From a bacterium (GTDB lineage Bacteria; Patescibacteriota; Minisyncoccia; UBA6257; JAUSGH01): a DNA stretch of 64,000 bases. The stretch covers positions 1,854 through 65,853 of the forward strand of contig JAUSGH010000007.1 of assembly GCA_030649055.1 (NCBI GenBank), given 5' to 3'. Shown here piece by piece: positions 9,257-19,749 of the stretch. Position 1 is the stretch's first letter, and every line of letters starts with the position of its first letter. A program made the position numbers and the translations under genes. The notes below the pieces were generated by a model. That model searched no databases and was not told the DNA's origin. It saw nothing but the letters and a program-made list of their open reading frames with translations.

Positions 9257-9931
9257 CTAATACTTCCTTATCTTCGCGATGAGATCGCGATGTTCCGGAT
9301 ACAGCGCGCGAAGCTCGCGAAGTGCGTCCTCCTGCCAGCCAGTTTCTTTCGTCACGCTTTCGGGCCTGCGGATATAAGTGAATAGCGGCTTTGGAATCCG
9401 AAAGCCCTTCCAGCGGCCGAGCGTCCGCAGCAGCAAATCATATTCGGGAAATTTCAGACCTTCACGGTAACATCCTTCCGCGGCTAACCGCTCCCTGCGA
9501 TACATCATCCCGATGGCGATGCTTGAAAATATATTTTCGGTGCTGACGACACGCGTAACGTCGCCCATGCGCTCCTCGTAATCGGAATACACGAAATCAA
9601 TCTCGGGATTGGCGTCAAGCACATCGGTTGTCTCACGCAAAAGGTCCGGCCCGAACGCATCGTCGCTATCAAGCTTGGTGACATAGGTGCCAACCGCCGC
9701 GCGGAACCCGGCATTCGCCGCGCCGACAAAACCGCGGTTCGCCTGCCGGATGACGCGGATAGCATTGCCGAACCGCGCGAGTATCTGCGGCGTCTCATCG
9801 GTGGAGCCGTCGTCAATAACGACGATCTCGTAATCGCTTTTCGGAAACTGCTGCGTGAGCGCACTCTGTAACGAGCGTTCAATAAACGCAGCGGAGTTAT
9901 ATGCCGTAATGACGATTGATGCTTTTATCAT
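9257..9931 (-). CDS. Glycosyltransferase family 2 (soluble, short)
   Basis: 224 aa. VITAYNSA...L.S...Q, DYEIVVIDDGSTD, and a DXD-type KLDSDD motif. Confidence 0.8.
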   Translation of the reverse strand: MIKASIVITAYNSAAFIERSLQSALTQQFPKSDYEIVVIDDGSTDETPQILARFGNAIRVIRQANRGFVGAANAGFRAAVGTYVTKLDSDDAFGPDLLRETTDVLDANPEIDFVYSDYEERMGDVTRVVSTENIFSSIAIGMMYRRERLAAEGCYREGLKFPEYDLLLRTLGRWKGFRIPKPLFTYIRRPESVTKETGWQEDALRELRALYPEHRDLIAKIRKY

Positions 9932-11031
9932 AAGCCCCCTTGTATATGGTCGCGCTGTAACGGCGTCCCGAACGCAATATCGCTCGCGGCTTTTTTGCCG
10001 ATGACCTTATCGTAAAACTTCGTTTCAAGACCGAACGCCGGCCGCACATCCCGGACATTTTCTTTGGTGAACAGTTCACCTTTTTTGATATCCTTCCCCG
10101 CAAACAGCGACCGGCGCCACCGTTTATTGTATTCTTCCAACTTATTATTCGGCCCATAATGCACCTCGCCAAGCATCGTAGCCGGAACCGTTTCCTTCTC
10201 GCCGCGTTTTTCTAAGTCACGAATTTTTGCAATCATTTCTTTAAGTTCGTGCGGCTCCAAAGAAAACTCAGCATCCGGCCCGCCGGTTTTTCTATCTAAA
10301 ATCAAGTGCTTCTCAACAATAGACGCGCCCGCACGCACCGCCATCACTGGGATCTCAACGCCTGCGTTGTTATCGGAAAATCCGCTGACGACCCCGAAAC
10401 GTTCGCGGATGTCCTGAATGGTTTTCAAATTCATATCTTCCCACTTCGGATTGCCGGAGTATCCCGTCACGCAATGCAGTATCGCGATATCCTTCGCGCC
10501 ATACGCGCGGAGCGTATCAATGGCAAACCGCGCCTCGTCTTCCGATGCGTAACCGATGGATATAATCACGGGCTTTCCGGTACGCGCGACTTTTTTGAGC
10601 AACACAAAATCCGTCGCCTCGTATGACGCGATTTTGAACGCCGGCACATCCATTTTGGTCAAAAAATCCACGGCGGTTTCGTCAAACGGAGTTGAAAAAA
10701 GCATGACGCCAAGTTTATCCGCAAGCTTTTTCAACTTCGGTTGCCATTCCCAAGGCGTATACGCGGTTTGATACAGCTGATATAACGTCTTACCTTTCCA
10801 CAATTCCGGATTATCTTCGCCACCGACTCTAAACCACTCTTTGTCACAGTTTAAGGTCATCGTATCCGGCGTATATGTTTGGAGTTTTACTGCGTCAACG
10901 CCCGCCGCTGCGGCGGCCTCCACCAGGCGCACGGCCTCTTCATATTTTTGATGATGATTACCCGAAAGCTCCGCAACGATAAAACACGGATTCCCCGGAC
11001 CGATTTTTTTATTGCCGATGTTCATAGTCAT
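9928..11031 (-). CDS. pseI: Nonulosonic acid synthase (pseudaminic/legionaminic/N-acetylneuraminic acid synthase family, NeuB/PseI-like) with C-terminal SAF domain
   Basis: 367 aa. IGPGNPCFIVAELSGNHH motif, TIM-barrel NeuB pattern, C-terminal SAF-like domain. 4-nt overlap with the downstream GT2. Confidence 0.85.
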   Translation of the reverse strand: MTMNIGNKKIGPGNPCFIVAELSGNHHQKYEEAVRLVEAAAAAGVDAVKLQTYTPDTMTLNCDKEWFRVGGEDNPELWKGKTLYQLYQTAYTPWEWQPKLKKLADKLGVMLFSTPFDETAVDFLTKMDVPAFKIASYEATDFVLLKKVARTGKPVIISIGYASEDEARFAIDTLRAYGAKDIAILHCVTGYSGNPKWEDMNLKTIQDIRERFGVVSGFSDNNAGVEIPVMAVRAGASIVEKHLILDRKTGGPDAEFSLEPHELKEMIAKIRDLEKRGEKETVPATMLGEVHYGPNNKLEEYNKRWRRSLFAGKDIKKGELFTKENVRDVRPAFGLETKFYDKVIGKKAASDIAFGTPLQRDHIQGGL

Positions 11032-11042
11032 GTATATAACAC

Positions 11043-11537
11043 CTACCGCGACGCGATCATTTCAATACATTCGTGGCCTTCGTAATCAACGATGCCGCGA
11101 TTTTCATATCCTGCTTTTTGAAATGTCTTCACGGATGCAAAGTTATCGGTTTTGATGTGCGCAAAAATCTTTTTGATGTTCGGAAAGTCTTTAAACAATG
11201 ATTGACCCGCGGAACGCAAAGCTTCGCTACCGATCCCCTTTCCACGAAAACGCTCCGTAACAGAAACACTGACCTCGGCGGATTCTCCGCCGTCATCAAC
11301 ATCAAATCGCACCTGACCCGCTGACGTGCCGTCCGCCTCAACGACGTACAATACGCGTTTAGGATTTCGCAAAGAGCTCTTGAACCACGCGTCGTGTGTG
11401 GACGCATCAACGCGCTCCGTATGCCAAGATTGCGCGCGAACGCTGTCCTCGTTGCGGAGTTGGAACAAAAAATCCTTGTCACGTTCTTCCGCGCGACGCA
11501 CGCGTATCGTTTGCGGCATGTTATCACTAGACCTCAT
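11043..11537 (-). CDS. GNAT family N-acetyltransferase (PseH-like candidate)
   Basis: 164 aa. GNAT acetyl-CoA binding motif RFRGKGIGSEAL, lying between the synthase and the HisF-like gene. Confidence 0.75.
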   Translation of the reverse strand: MRSSDNMPQTIRVRRAEERDKDFLFQLRNEDSVRAQSWHTERVDASTHDAWFKSSLRNPKRVLYVVEADGTSAGQVRFDVDDGGESAEVSVSVTERFRGKGIGSEALRSAGQSLFKDFPNIKKIFAHIKTDNFASVKTFQKAGYENRGIVDYEGHECIEMIASR

Positions 11538-11691
11538 GTATAATTATTTTCGTTATGCAGGAGGACCATCATTTTTTAAGGAGGAACATTGCATCCTTCT
11601 TGGTCGGGTCGTTTACTCAAACGCTTTGGCCGCGAACATGCTGCGGATATTACTTGACCACAATTCTACACCGTAACGGATTATATCCTTT

Positions 11692-12450
11692 TTAAACCAT
11701 CCTCACCGGAATGCCGGCATCCCACATCCGCTGCTTAATGCTGTTGGCGGTATGGCCGGAATAATGAAACATACTTGCCAAAGAAACCGCATCCGCATGA
11801 CCGACCAAAACCGCGTCAATAATATCCTGCACCTTCCCCGCTCCGCCAGAAGCAATGACCGGAACGGAAACGGCGCCAGCCACCGCCTTAATGAGATCTA
11901 AGTCGTAACCCTCCATGGTGCCATCCTTATCGATGGAAGTAAGCAAAATTTCTCCCGCTCCGCGACACTCCATTTCCCTTGCCCAGTGAACCGCCGATAT
12001 TCCGGAATTTTCCAGTCCACGATTTTTAAAGACAACATAATCGTTACCGACCTTTTTTGCGTCCATGGATAATACTACGCATTGACTGCCGAAAGTTCTC
12101 GCCGCCAAAGCGACGAATTCCGGGTTTTGCAACGCCTCGCTGTTCACGGCTATTTTATCCGCCCCTATTTTCAATAACATTCCGATGTCATCCAAGGAAT
12201 GAATGCCACCGCCGATAGTCAGCGGCATAAAACATTCCTTCGCGATTCCCTGAACAATTTCAAAAGCCGGTGGGCGGTGTTCTTCGGTAGCCTTTAAATC
12301 AATAAAAATTAATTCATCCACGTTCCGGCTGTTATAAACTCTCGCCATCTGTATGGGATTGCCAAGATTCCTTAATCCATCGAATTTGATTGTTTTGACA
12401 AGATTAATCCCATTAAACAGCATGCATGGGATAACTCTGGTTTTAAGCAT
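11692..12450 (-). CDS. Imidazole glycerol phosphate synthase cyclase-subunit homolog (HisF-like, WbuZ/PseA-partner type)
   Basis: 252 aa. HisF TIM-barrel motifs (RVIPC.....G..VK, IASGGAG). 8-nt overlap with the HisH-like gene. Confidence 0.85.
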   Translation of the reverse strand: MLKTRVIPCMLFNGINLVKTIKFDGLRNLGNPIQMARVYNSRNVDELIFIDLKATEEHRPPAFEIVQGIAKECFMPLTIGGGIHSLDDIGMLLKIGADKIAVNSEALQNPEFVALAARTFGSQCVVLSMDAKKVGNDYVVFKNRGLENSGISAVHWAREMECRGAGEILLTSIDKDGTMEGYDLDLIKAVAGAVSVPVIASGGAGKVQDIIDAVLVGHADAVSLASMFHYSGHTANSIKQRMWDAGIPVRMV

Positions 12451-13081
12451 ACTCAGTAATTTGTTTTAAAAAATTTTCTAAAAACTTCCATCCGCTATGT
12501 TGGCTTTTCTCCGGATGAAACTGCGCGGCGAAAATATTATCGCGTTGAATGCCGGCGGCAAACCTTTCTCCGTAATCGCAGGTTGCGGAAATAATCGCGA
12601 TGTCGTCGGGGCGGACACAATAACTGTGGACAAAATAAAAATTTTTATCCTCAATACCGTCAAAAAGACGGCTGTTCCCATTAACCGGTTCAACATTGTC
12701 CCAGCCGACATGAGGTAGCCGCAAACTTCCGGCATCCAGCTTAACGGTTTTGCCTTTAATAAAACCCAACCCGCGCGTTTCTCCGAACTCATAACCGACA
12801 TCTGTCAGTAGCTGCATGCCAAGACAAATGCCTAAAAACGGAACTTTCTCCTCCAGCACTCTTTGAGCTAAAATGTCCGCCAAACCGAAACGCTTAAGAT
12901 TCTCCATTCCGTCCCCAAACGCGCCTACTCCGGGAAGCACTAAGAAATCCGCGCGGGAAATTTCATCTTGTTTGCGGGAAACGACAACCGATGCGCCGAT
13001 TTTTTCGAATGTTTTCGCAACCGAAGCAACATTGCCCATCTCATAATCAATGATGATGCCGTTAAGCACTTTCATTGTCAT
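12443..13081 (-). CDS. Glutamine amidotransferase, HisH-like (WbuY-type)
   Basis: 212 aa. Class I GATase motifs: LPGVGAFG, GICLGMQLL, FHPEKS. Confidence 0.85.
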   Translation of the reverse strand: MTMKVLNGIIIDYEMGNVASVAKTFEKIGASVVVSRKQDEISRADFLVLPGVGAFGDGMENLKRFGLADILAQRVLEEKVPFLGICLGMQLLTDVGYEFGETRGLGFIKGKTVKLDAGSLRLPHVGWDNVEPVNGNSRLFDGIEDKNFYFVHSYCVRPDDIAIISATCDYGERFAAGIQRDNIFAAQFHPEKSQHSGWKFLENFLKQITEYA

Positions 13082-14222
13082 AATTTACTTTAACTAAATT
13101 CCCGGCAATATCCCGTAAAAACTTTCCGTGAGAATCCTTTTTGAAAATCTGCGGATTGGTAAAAGAATCCATAACGGCATCAATCTCCTCCTTGCTCATG
13201 CCGGAATATTCCGAAAATTCTTTAACTCCGTAATACGGATACTTGCCGTCATACTTTCGGACCAACTCCATTCCCTCTTCCCTGGTAATCCGGCCATTCC
13301 TAATGTCCAAGCAGGCATGATCCGTAGCCCTGCAAAAACCGTATTTGAGAAATTTCAAATAATCGTGGACGCCAACCGTACCCTCATCCAGATTTTCATA
13401 ATTGGTGTATGTTCCCTCAACCGGTCCGTCTTCCTTAACGGCAAATCCGTATCGCTTGACGATTTCATTTTGCTTTCTTGCGTCCCACTTAAAGTAATAG
13501 CCCAGGAATAGCCCGGTCGCGCCGACCCGTTTTAACTCATTGTCGCTCGGGTAAGAATACGCGAGCAGATCTTTTTTGGTAATCCCGCCGACGCCAATCA
13601 TGTCATCCACTCTGTTTCCCAAAAGTCCGCCGAATTCCTCAAGCCAGCGCCGGTCAAGATAATTTTTCTCGGTGGCGGACGCCGGTCCCCCATATTCCAA
13701 CTGGGAATTTTCCCCCCAAATAATCAGAGGGACATTATACTGGACAGCGGTCCGGACCGGAATCGTAAAAATACCGATGTGATTGGGCCATTCGTTGTCG
13801 CCGACCCGTTTAAAGGCCTCGATGGCCATTTTCTTGTATACATCCGGATTTTTTTTGAAATAAACGAAGTCGCAGCCGAATGTCCGGATATTCTCCCGAT
13901 TTTTTCTTCCCAATTCCGTAATATGGGTCTGCTCGAAAGAAACCAGCAGTGGATTCAGACCGTACACTTTTTTCATCACATAAACCTGGTAATGGCTATC
14001 CTTGCCGCCACTGACCGGAATAATGCAATCGTAATTGCTGCCGTCTTTGGAGCGGTATGTTTCAATAATGGCTTCAAATTCTTTTTTCCTCGCTTCCCAG
14101 TCAATGCCGGTTTCTTTCTTTACAGCCGACAGGCAGGCATCGCAAACTCCGGCCTGATCAAAAAATAAATCCGGCTTTGTATTGGGCATGACGCATTTTT
14201 TGCAGTAGGTGATTTTAGTCAT
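13062..14222 (-). CDS. N-acetyl sugar amidotransferase (PP-loop ATP pyrophosphatase; WbuX/PseA/LegX family)
   Basis: 386 aa. N-terminal Cys cluster CKKCVMPNTKPD...CDAC and PP-loop SGGKDS. Forms a trio with the HisH/HisF-like genes. Confidence 0.8.
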   Translation of the reverse strand: MTKITYCKKCVMPNTKPDLFFDQAGVCDACLSAVKKETGIDWEARKKEFEAIIETYRSKDGSNYDCIIPVSGGKDSHYQVYVMKKVYGLNPLLVSFEQTHITELGRKNRENIRTFGCDFVYFKKNPDVYKKMAIEAFKRVGDNEWPNHIGIFTIPVRTAVQYNVPLIIWGENSQLEYGGPASATEKNYLDRRWLEEFGGLLGNRVDDMIGVGGITKKDLLAYSYPSDNELKRVGATGLFLGYYFKWDARKQNEIVKRYGFAVKEDGPVEGTYTNYENLDEGTVGVHDYLKFLKYGFCRATDHACLDIRNGRITREEGMELVRKYDGKYPYYGVKEFSEYSGMSKEEIDAVMDSFTNPQIFKKDSHGKFLRDIAGNLVKVNYDNESA

Positions 14223-14279
14223 ACGATTTTTGCATGCCTCTCTAGTAACCAGATACTCACGCCTACGTTCACGACGAGC

Positions 14280-14981
14280 TTATATTTTCTTCAATAAAAA
14301 CATCTCGTCCACATTATTACCATTCACGTATTTATATTTTTCTCTTTTTACCAATCTGAGATTTGGAAACAAATCCAGATACATTTGGACGAAATCTCTT
14401 TTCCAAAGCCGGTCCTTATGGCCGCGGTAATCAATCGCCTGAGGTTTTTCCGAAAAATACTCCATCCCCCAGATATATTTCTTGCTGGTCCGATAAATTT
14501 CCCGCATGGCTTTTTTGAGATCCTTCGGAGCAATATGAATCAAAACTCCGGAGGTGAATACCAAATCAAAATAATCATCCTTAAAAGGAATATCAAAAGC
14601 GCTTCCCTGGATAATATTGATTCCTTTCGTGTGCGTTTGAGCTATCGCAACGGCGACGTTAAAAATTTCCACTCCGTAAAGATTTTGATGGCCTTGTGAT
14701 TGCAAAAGTGCCAATTGGTTTCCGACGCTGCTCCCAACCTCCAGGATATTATTCAACTTCAATGTACCCAAAAACCGGGTATTCATTACCGATCTGGACA
14801 GCCCGTATTCTTTCATATAAAGGTCGTCTAATTCCCTGTTGGTGAACAGGTTCCTTTCTATGTACCCTTTGTCAAAATCCGATTGCCAAAATTTTTCCTG
14901 GTCAGTGAATTTTCTATTTTTCATATAATACGATGATAACCAACAATTGCCCGCAATGCAAAATTCTACCGCATCACGCAT
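14280..14981 (-). CDS. Class I SAM-dependent methyltransferase (possibly nonulosonic-acid-associated methylase)
   Basis: 233 aa. Motif I LEVGSSVGNQL and a DLVFTSGVLIHI motif. Confidence 0.6.
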   Translation of the reverse strand: MRDAVEFCIAGNCWLSSYYMKNRKFTDQEKFWQSDFDKGYIERNLFTNRELDDLYMKEYGLSRSVMNTRFLGTLKLNNILEVGSSVGNQLALLQSQGHQNLYGVEIFNVAVAIAQTHTKGINIIQGSAFDIPFKDDYFDLVFTSGVLIHIAPKDLKKAMREIYRTSKKYIWGMEYFSEKPQAIDYRGHKDRLWKRDFVQMYLDLFPNLRLVKREKYKYVNGNNVDEMFLLKKI

Positions 14982-15042
14982 CGGACTTTTTTATAACGAT
15001 TTCATATATGACGGCGCCATACTCAACGCGATAGTCCTCTTT

Positions 15043-15609
15043 TTACTTACTATCAATCTCAGCTTCGAGTACTGACCAACAATCAACGTCCCGATAGCCG
15101 CGCGGCATCCGGAACGCGTCGCGGCGACGCCCTTCAAAAACCCAGTTTAGTTTACGCATGATGGCGTTAAAGACCGGGTGCGCCGATTCAGCCCATAACC
15201 GATGAAGCTTTAAAACTTTAAATGCCAGCTTGGTCGCGAGAATAATTGCTTCAGTCGCATAGCCCTTGCCCCAGACGCTCCGATCGCCAATCATAATCGA
15301 AAGCTCGGCGCTCTTGTTTTCCTTGTCGATAGCGATAATAAAGATATTCCCAATATGTTTCTCCCCATCTTTAATGAACACGGCAAAATGGCGATCGGGC
15401 GACTGTCGCGTTGACGCGATAAAATCCCTTACGTCCTTAAGCGAAAATTTTTTTCCTCGCCGTCGGGTGTAAAGCTGAACCTTGGCGTCGTTTAACCAGT
15501 GAACATACCTCAGTGTCGCCTCAGCCGGTGATAATTCCCTTAACCCGAGCCGCTCACTGGCAATAAGATACGTTGAATGCTTTTTCATTTTTTGGACGAC
15601 GCCTCGCAA
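15043..15609 (-). CDS. GNAT family N-acetyltransferase (RimL-like)
   Basis: 188 aa. GNAT core VWGKGYATEA. Confidence 0.7.
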   Translation of the reverse strand: MRGVVQKMKKHSTYLIASERLGLRELSPAEATLRYVHWLNDAKVQLYTRRRGKKFSLKDVRDFIASTRQSPDRHFAVFIKDGEKHIGNIFIIAIDKENKSAELSIMIGDRSVWGKGYATEAIILATKLAFKVLKLHRLWAESAHPVFNAIMRKLNWVFEGRRRDAFRMPRGYRDVDCWSVLEAEIDSK

Positions 15610-15635
15610 GAAGACAAGGCAGTAATGAAGATTAC

Positions 15636-16313
15636 TTATTTCCGCAGAATCGCTTCCGCGCGATCAAAATCTTCAGGGTAATCAATATCAACATTTTCAT
15701 CATTGTCCATGATGAGCGGCAGTAACTTATCGGCGACAACCTGCCGCATCAGGATATTGGTGCGCGTCAAATATATCGCCCCGTTTTCTTTGAACAGCGG
15801 CTTTGACATTTGGCGGTTTTCCAACTTTCGCGGATACAGACGCTCGTAGCCACCCTCAACCTCAACCCAAAAATGTCCCTTATCGTATGTGCCGCTGACA
15901 ACCGAGTCGGCATCGTTTGCCAGCGCCAGATCCACGGCTTGCTGTATCCGCTCGGTTTTCAATAAGGGCGAAGTCGGATACACCAAGAGGACGTAATCCG
16001 GACTATATCCTTCCTTACGCTTCAGCTCTTTCACCGCGTGCTGCAACACCGGCAGCGTCGCGACCTCATCGGTCGCAAGTTCCATCGGACGGATAAAGGG
16101 TACCTCGGCACCGAACTTTTTTGCCACCTCGGCAATTTCCTTGTCTTCGGTGCTCACAATGACCCGGTCAATGCCTTTCACTTTTTTTACGGAGGCGATG
16201 ATGTAGCTGATCATCGGTTTTCCGGCGAGCAGCTTGATATTTTTTCTCGGCACCCCTTTTGAACCTCCCCGGGCCGGAATAACAACAATTATTTTCTTTT
16301 TATTTTTTTCCAT
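15636..16313 (-). CDS. pseF: Acylneuraminate cytidylyltransferase family (CMP-nonulosonic acid synthetase, NeuA/PseF-like)
   Basis: 225 aa. IIVVIPARGGSKGVPRKN motif and the rest of the CMP-NeuAc synthetase fold pattern. Confidence 0.85.
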   Translation of the reverse strand: MEKNKKKIIVVIPARGGSKGVPRKNIKLLAGKPMISYIIASVKKVKGIDRVIVSTEDKEIAEVAKKFGAEVPFIRPMELATDEVATLPVLQHAVKELKRKEGYSPDYVLLVYPTSPLLKTERIQQAVDLALANDADSVVSGTYDKGHFWVEVEGGYERLYPRKLENRQMSKPLFKENGAIYLTRTNILMRQVVADKLLPLIMDNDENVDIDYPEDFDRAEAILRK

Positions 16314-17344
16314 ATTTTAGTGATAAAGGTAATAATATTTTGAGTTGCGTTCATATTCGCATACTGTTTCTTCAGCACCGAGAGCGTACGCGCCGGCGGC
16401 GACCACTGTTTCCGGCGATAATACTCATCTAAGTAATCATATAAATCTTTTTTATGATAGATTGCCCGGCTCAATCCTCTTCGGTTACTCACCAACACAT
16501 CATCCTTCGGATGAAGTCCCGGCTGATAGCTGATAACCGGCTTACCGGCAATGCTTGCTTCAAGCAGCACAATAGAATTTGTTCCGACAATCAGCGTTGC
16601 TTCGCTAAGTAATCGGTAAAGATCGGCATCCTTCACCACGCGAACCGGAACTTCGGGATAACGGGCGATAAGTTCATCGTACTTCCCTTCCTCTTCCTTC
16701 GGATGCAACTTCACGATAACAGGTCCGTAATCCTTCCATTGTGCGTATCCGAGCACGTCTTCCAGCACCTGAAATTCGTTGAAGGGATACGGATTGGGAT
16801 GCAACGAAGAAAACGGTGTTGAAATATATAACAAATTTTTCGGGTGTTTTGTTTTTGTACGGATTTTTTTTATGCTTGCCTCAAGAGCCGGGTTTCCTGT
16901 AATCGCGATTGCCCCGGCGGGAACGCCGAGTTCCAATAATTCGCGCTTCATCACGCGGTCAATCACGCAAATGTCATCCGGAAGATAACGGTGGCGTTTA
17001 TTTATTTTTTCTCCGAAGCGGTCGTCGTAACCGCTCCAATAATCAATCACGGAAACGGTTCGTATGCCGCGCGCCCGGGCAATAAGCGTGAACCGTTTTT
17101 CGATACTCAGTCCGGCGCTTGCCCCCAGCACCATGATGTCCGGCTTCCACGCAACAACAACATCCGCAAGCTGCGCGTCCGAATAAGAAGTGCAGTCCGT
17201 AGCACGAATCTTCTCCCGCGCGAACATCGGAACGGCGTATTTCGCTCCAAGCACCTTAACCGAAGCTTTTGCAGATAACTTTTTGATCACCGGCGCGAGC
17301 GCGTTCGCGCTGCCCGGATCCTGCGCCGCGAAAAGAACTCTCAT
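16289..17344 (-). CDS. GT-B fold protein, PseG-like UDP-sugar hydrolase / MurG-like candidate
   Basis: 351 aa. N-terminal MRVLFAAQDPGSANALAPV resembles the PseG/MurG Rossmann start. Position in the operon between the CMP-transferase and the aminotransferase. No decisive motif. Confidence 0.4.
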   Translation of the reverse strand: MRVLFAAQDPGSANALAPVIKKLSAKASVKVLGAKYAVPMFAREKIRATDCTSYSDAQLADVVVAWKPDIMVLGASAGLSIEKRFTLIARARGIRTVSVIDYWSGYDDRFGEKINKRHRYLPDDICVIDRVMKRELLELGVPAGAIAITGNPALEASIKKIRTKTKHPKNLLYISTPFSSLHPNPYPFNEFQVLEDVLGYAQWKDYGPVIVKLHPKEEEGKYDELIARYPEVPVRVVKDADLYRLLSEATLIVGTNSIVLLEASIAGKPVISYQPGLHPKDDVLVSNRRGLSRAIYHKKDLYDYLDEYYRRKQWSPPARTLSVLKKQYANMNATQNIITFITKIWKKIKRK

Positions 17345-17347
17345 ATA

Positions 17348-18691
17348 TTACTTATTTCCATTAAACTCCTGCCGGTTGGCGTAAACTTTTTTAACGGCGC
17401 TAACAAAAAGATCTATATGTTTTTTTGTCCTCGGATATTGACACACCGTCGTGAACGTAAATTCTTTTTCATACATCCGTTCAACCACGGGACAAATGCC
17501 CTTCGTATAATCAACGCGTCCCCCGTAATGGCTTCCCACAAACGGAAAGTTAGTGTTATTAAATACCTTTTGCTCCTGAAATACGCGCAGGAGATATAAA
17601 GGTTTGGTATATCCGAGGGACATGGGGAACCCTTCGGCGGTCATCGCCCGCGCAAAGTTATCACGAGAAATCTCCAGTTTCGATTCGTCAATTTTCATCG
17701 GGTACACATAAAACACGTGGCTCGAACCCTTGGGAACATACGGCAATACAAGGCCGGGAATGACGGACAACTGTTTTGTAAGATATGTTACCAACTCCAG
17801 CCGCTTCTTGTTCAAAAAATCCAGTTTGCGAAGCTGCTCATACGCGATCGCCGCCTCAAGTTCGGTCATGCGATAATTGCTTCCGATGATAGGACCGTCG
17901 GCGTAACCCGGATCCTGGTCAACATATGCTTCCCCGTGATTCCGCGCCAACTGCGCACGGAACGCGTAATGCGCGTTGTTCGTTACGAGAACTCCGCCCT
18001 CGCCGCTCTGGATAGTTTTATGCACATTGAAACTAAAGACGCCGATGTCGCCGATGGTTCCGGTGAACTTTCCTTTATACGTTGCGCCGGGTGACTGCGC
18101 GTTATCTTCAATAATTTTAATATTGAACTCTTTGGCAATCTTCAGCAGCTCGTCGAAATCAGATGATCCTCCGAAAATATTCACCGCCATAATCGCCTTC
18201 GTGCGCGGGGTAATACATTTTCTGACCGATGCCGGATCAATGCAAAATGTTTTCTCATCAATATCGGCGAATACCGGCACCGCTCCGTTCATCAAAATCG
18301 CGGTGGCCGAGGCACACATGGAGTACGGCGACACGATCACCTCATCACCGGGACCGATACTAAGCGCCGCAACCGCCGCATGTAGCGCAGTCGTCGCCGA
18401 GTTAAATGAAACCGCGTGCTTCACGCCGAATTTTTTACAAAACAGCGCTTCAAGTTTTTTGACCTGTTTGCCGCCCAAAAAATACGGGCCATTCGCGCCC
18501 ACAAAATCCGACAGCGGTCCGTTTTTTATTACTTGCGTCGCCGCGCGCAATTCTTCCTTGCCGATGTTGTACACCGGCGGAAATGGTTTCTTTAATATCG
18601 GCTTCCCTCCAAATAATGCGAGTTTTTTCATATGATTTAGCGAAATTATGTGATTCCCCAGAATCATCCTGGGGATAGGCGCAACGTCCAT
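17348..18691 (-). CDS. DegT/DnrJ/EryC1/StrS-family PLP-dependent sugar aminotransferase (second copy; WbpE-like candidate)
   Basis: 447 aa. GKEEL.A...V...G.LS, IEDNAQS, and FSFNVHKTIQSGEGGVL with the Schiff-base lysine. Confidence 0.85.
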   Translation of the reverse strand: MDVAPIPRMILGNHIISLNHMKKLALFGGKPILKKPFPPVYNIGKEELRAATQVIKNGPLSDFVGANGPYFLGGKQVKKLEALFCKKFGVKHAVSFNSATTALHAAVAALSIGPGDEVIVSPYSMCASATAILMNGAVPVFADIDEKTFCIDPASVRKCITPRTKAIMAVNIFGGSSDFDELLKIAKEFNIKIIEDNAQSPGATYKGKFTGTIGDIGVFSFNVHKTIQSGEGGVLVTNNAHYAFRAQLARNHGEAYVDQDPGYADGPIIGSNYRMTELEAAIAYEQLRKLDFLNKKRLELVTYLTKQLSVIPGLVLPYVPKGSSHVFYVYPMKIDESKLEISRDNFARAMTAEGFPMSLGYTKPLYLLRVFQEQKVFNNTNFPFVGSHYGGRVDYTKGICPVVERMYEKEFTFTTVCQYPRTKKHIDLFVSAVKKVYANRQEFNGNK

Positions 18692-18707
18692 TGAGCGCCG
18701 ACGCTTT

Positions 18708-19745
18708 TTATTTTTTCACATCCCCGCCCGGTTGAGGCAACTTCTTCACCTTCCCCCGAAACGACAAGCGGACATTCACCCCATTATGCTCAGAAGAATA
18801 CAACAATGCATGCATAATTTCGAGTGAAGCTAACGCCGTCTTCCCCGACGAACGCGGTTCGCGATTTTTCCCGACGCTACCCAAGAGATCCTGAAGCGCG
18901 GAATCCATATAATTGCGCGGCAAATCTTTCGAAATCGGATTCCGGGCATCATTGGCGATAAACTGCGACCCGAGCACCGGATCTTTTTGTTTCAGATAAT
19001 ACCGGTAGTCATATACGCCGAACGGCTTGTTGATGGTATCAAGCCGCGCGTCGGATCCGAAGATGTTCATCTCCAGAATGCTGTACTGTTTCGTCGCGAG
19101 TGGCATGATGGTGGCGAACACCGAACCGAATCGCAGTCGGCCGATTAATCCGTTCTTCGCATTCGTCGCCGACACTTCATCGCATGGTCCGAACAAAAAT
19201 ACTAAGAGATCCAGGAGATGCGAGCCAGTCGTTACAATACCGCCGCTATAATAACAGCCAACCGCCTGCACATCCCCTACCAGTTCCGCCATGTGTTCTT
19301 TAATAAACTCATAGAAAGGATCATAGCGGCGAATAAAATTCACGAGCAGTTTGACGCCGCGCCGTTCGCACGCAGCCGCCATTTTTTTCGCTTCGGTTAA
19401 AGAAATCGCCAGCGGTTTCTCGCACCAAATTCCGCGGACCGAAGCATGCTTCAACACCTCCCGCAAAATCGGGAAGTGGGTTTGGTCCGGAGTGCAGATA
19501 CTGACAAGCTCCGGCTTTTCTTGCCGAAACATTTCGCGATAATCGGAGTACGGTCGGCCGCGGAACAAGGCACTTGCCGATTGCAAGGCGCGCTGATCGG
19601 AATCGGCGATTGCGACAAGATTGATTTCCTGGTTAGCCAGGTATGCTTCCATATGCGTTGTATGGAACGGAAGTTGATATCCGCTGAACTTCACGCCGAT
19701 ATTGCCGGCTCCGATAATTGCGGCGCGTTTTTTTGTTTGTGCCAT
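18708..19745 (-). CDS. Gfo/Idh/MocA-family NAD(P)-dependent oxidoreductase (WbpB-like sugar 3-dehydrogenase candidate)
   Basis: Rossmann motif AIIGAGNIGVKF and EKPLA motif. The annotated start is the internal Met (MAQTKKRAAIIGAG) at 19745, which abuts the upstream gene. The longer ORF to 19985 would overlap PseC by 236 nt. Confidence 0.8.
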   Translation of the reverse strand: MAQTKKRAAIIGAGNIGVKFSGYQLPFHTTHMEAYLANQEINLVAIADSDQRALQSASALFRGRPYSDYREMFRQEKPELVSICTPDQTHFPILREVLKHASVRGIWCEKPLAISLTEAKKMAAACERRGVKLLVNFIRRYDPFYEFIKEHMAELVGDVQAVGCYYSGGIVTTGSHLLDLLVFLFGPCDEVSATNAKNGLIGRLRFGSVFATIMPLATKQYSILEMNIFGSDARLDTINKPFGVYDYRYYLKQKDPVLGSQFIANDARNPISKDLPRNYMDSALQDLLGSVGKNREPRSSGKTALASLEIMHALLYSSEHNGVNVRLSFRGKVKKLPQPGGDVKK

Positions 19746-19749
19746 AAAA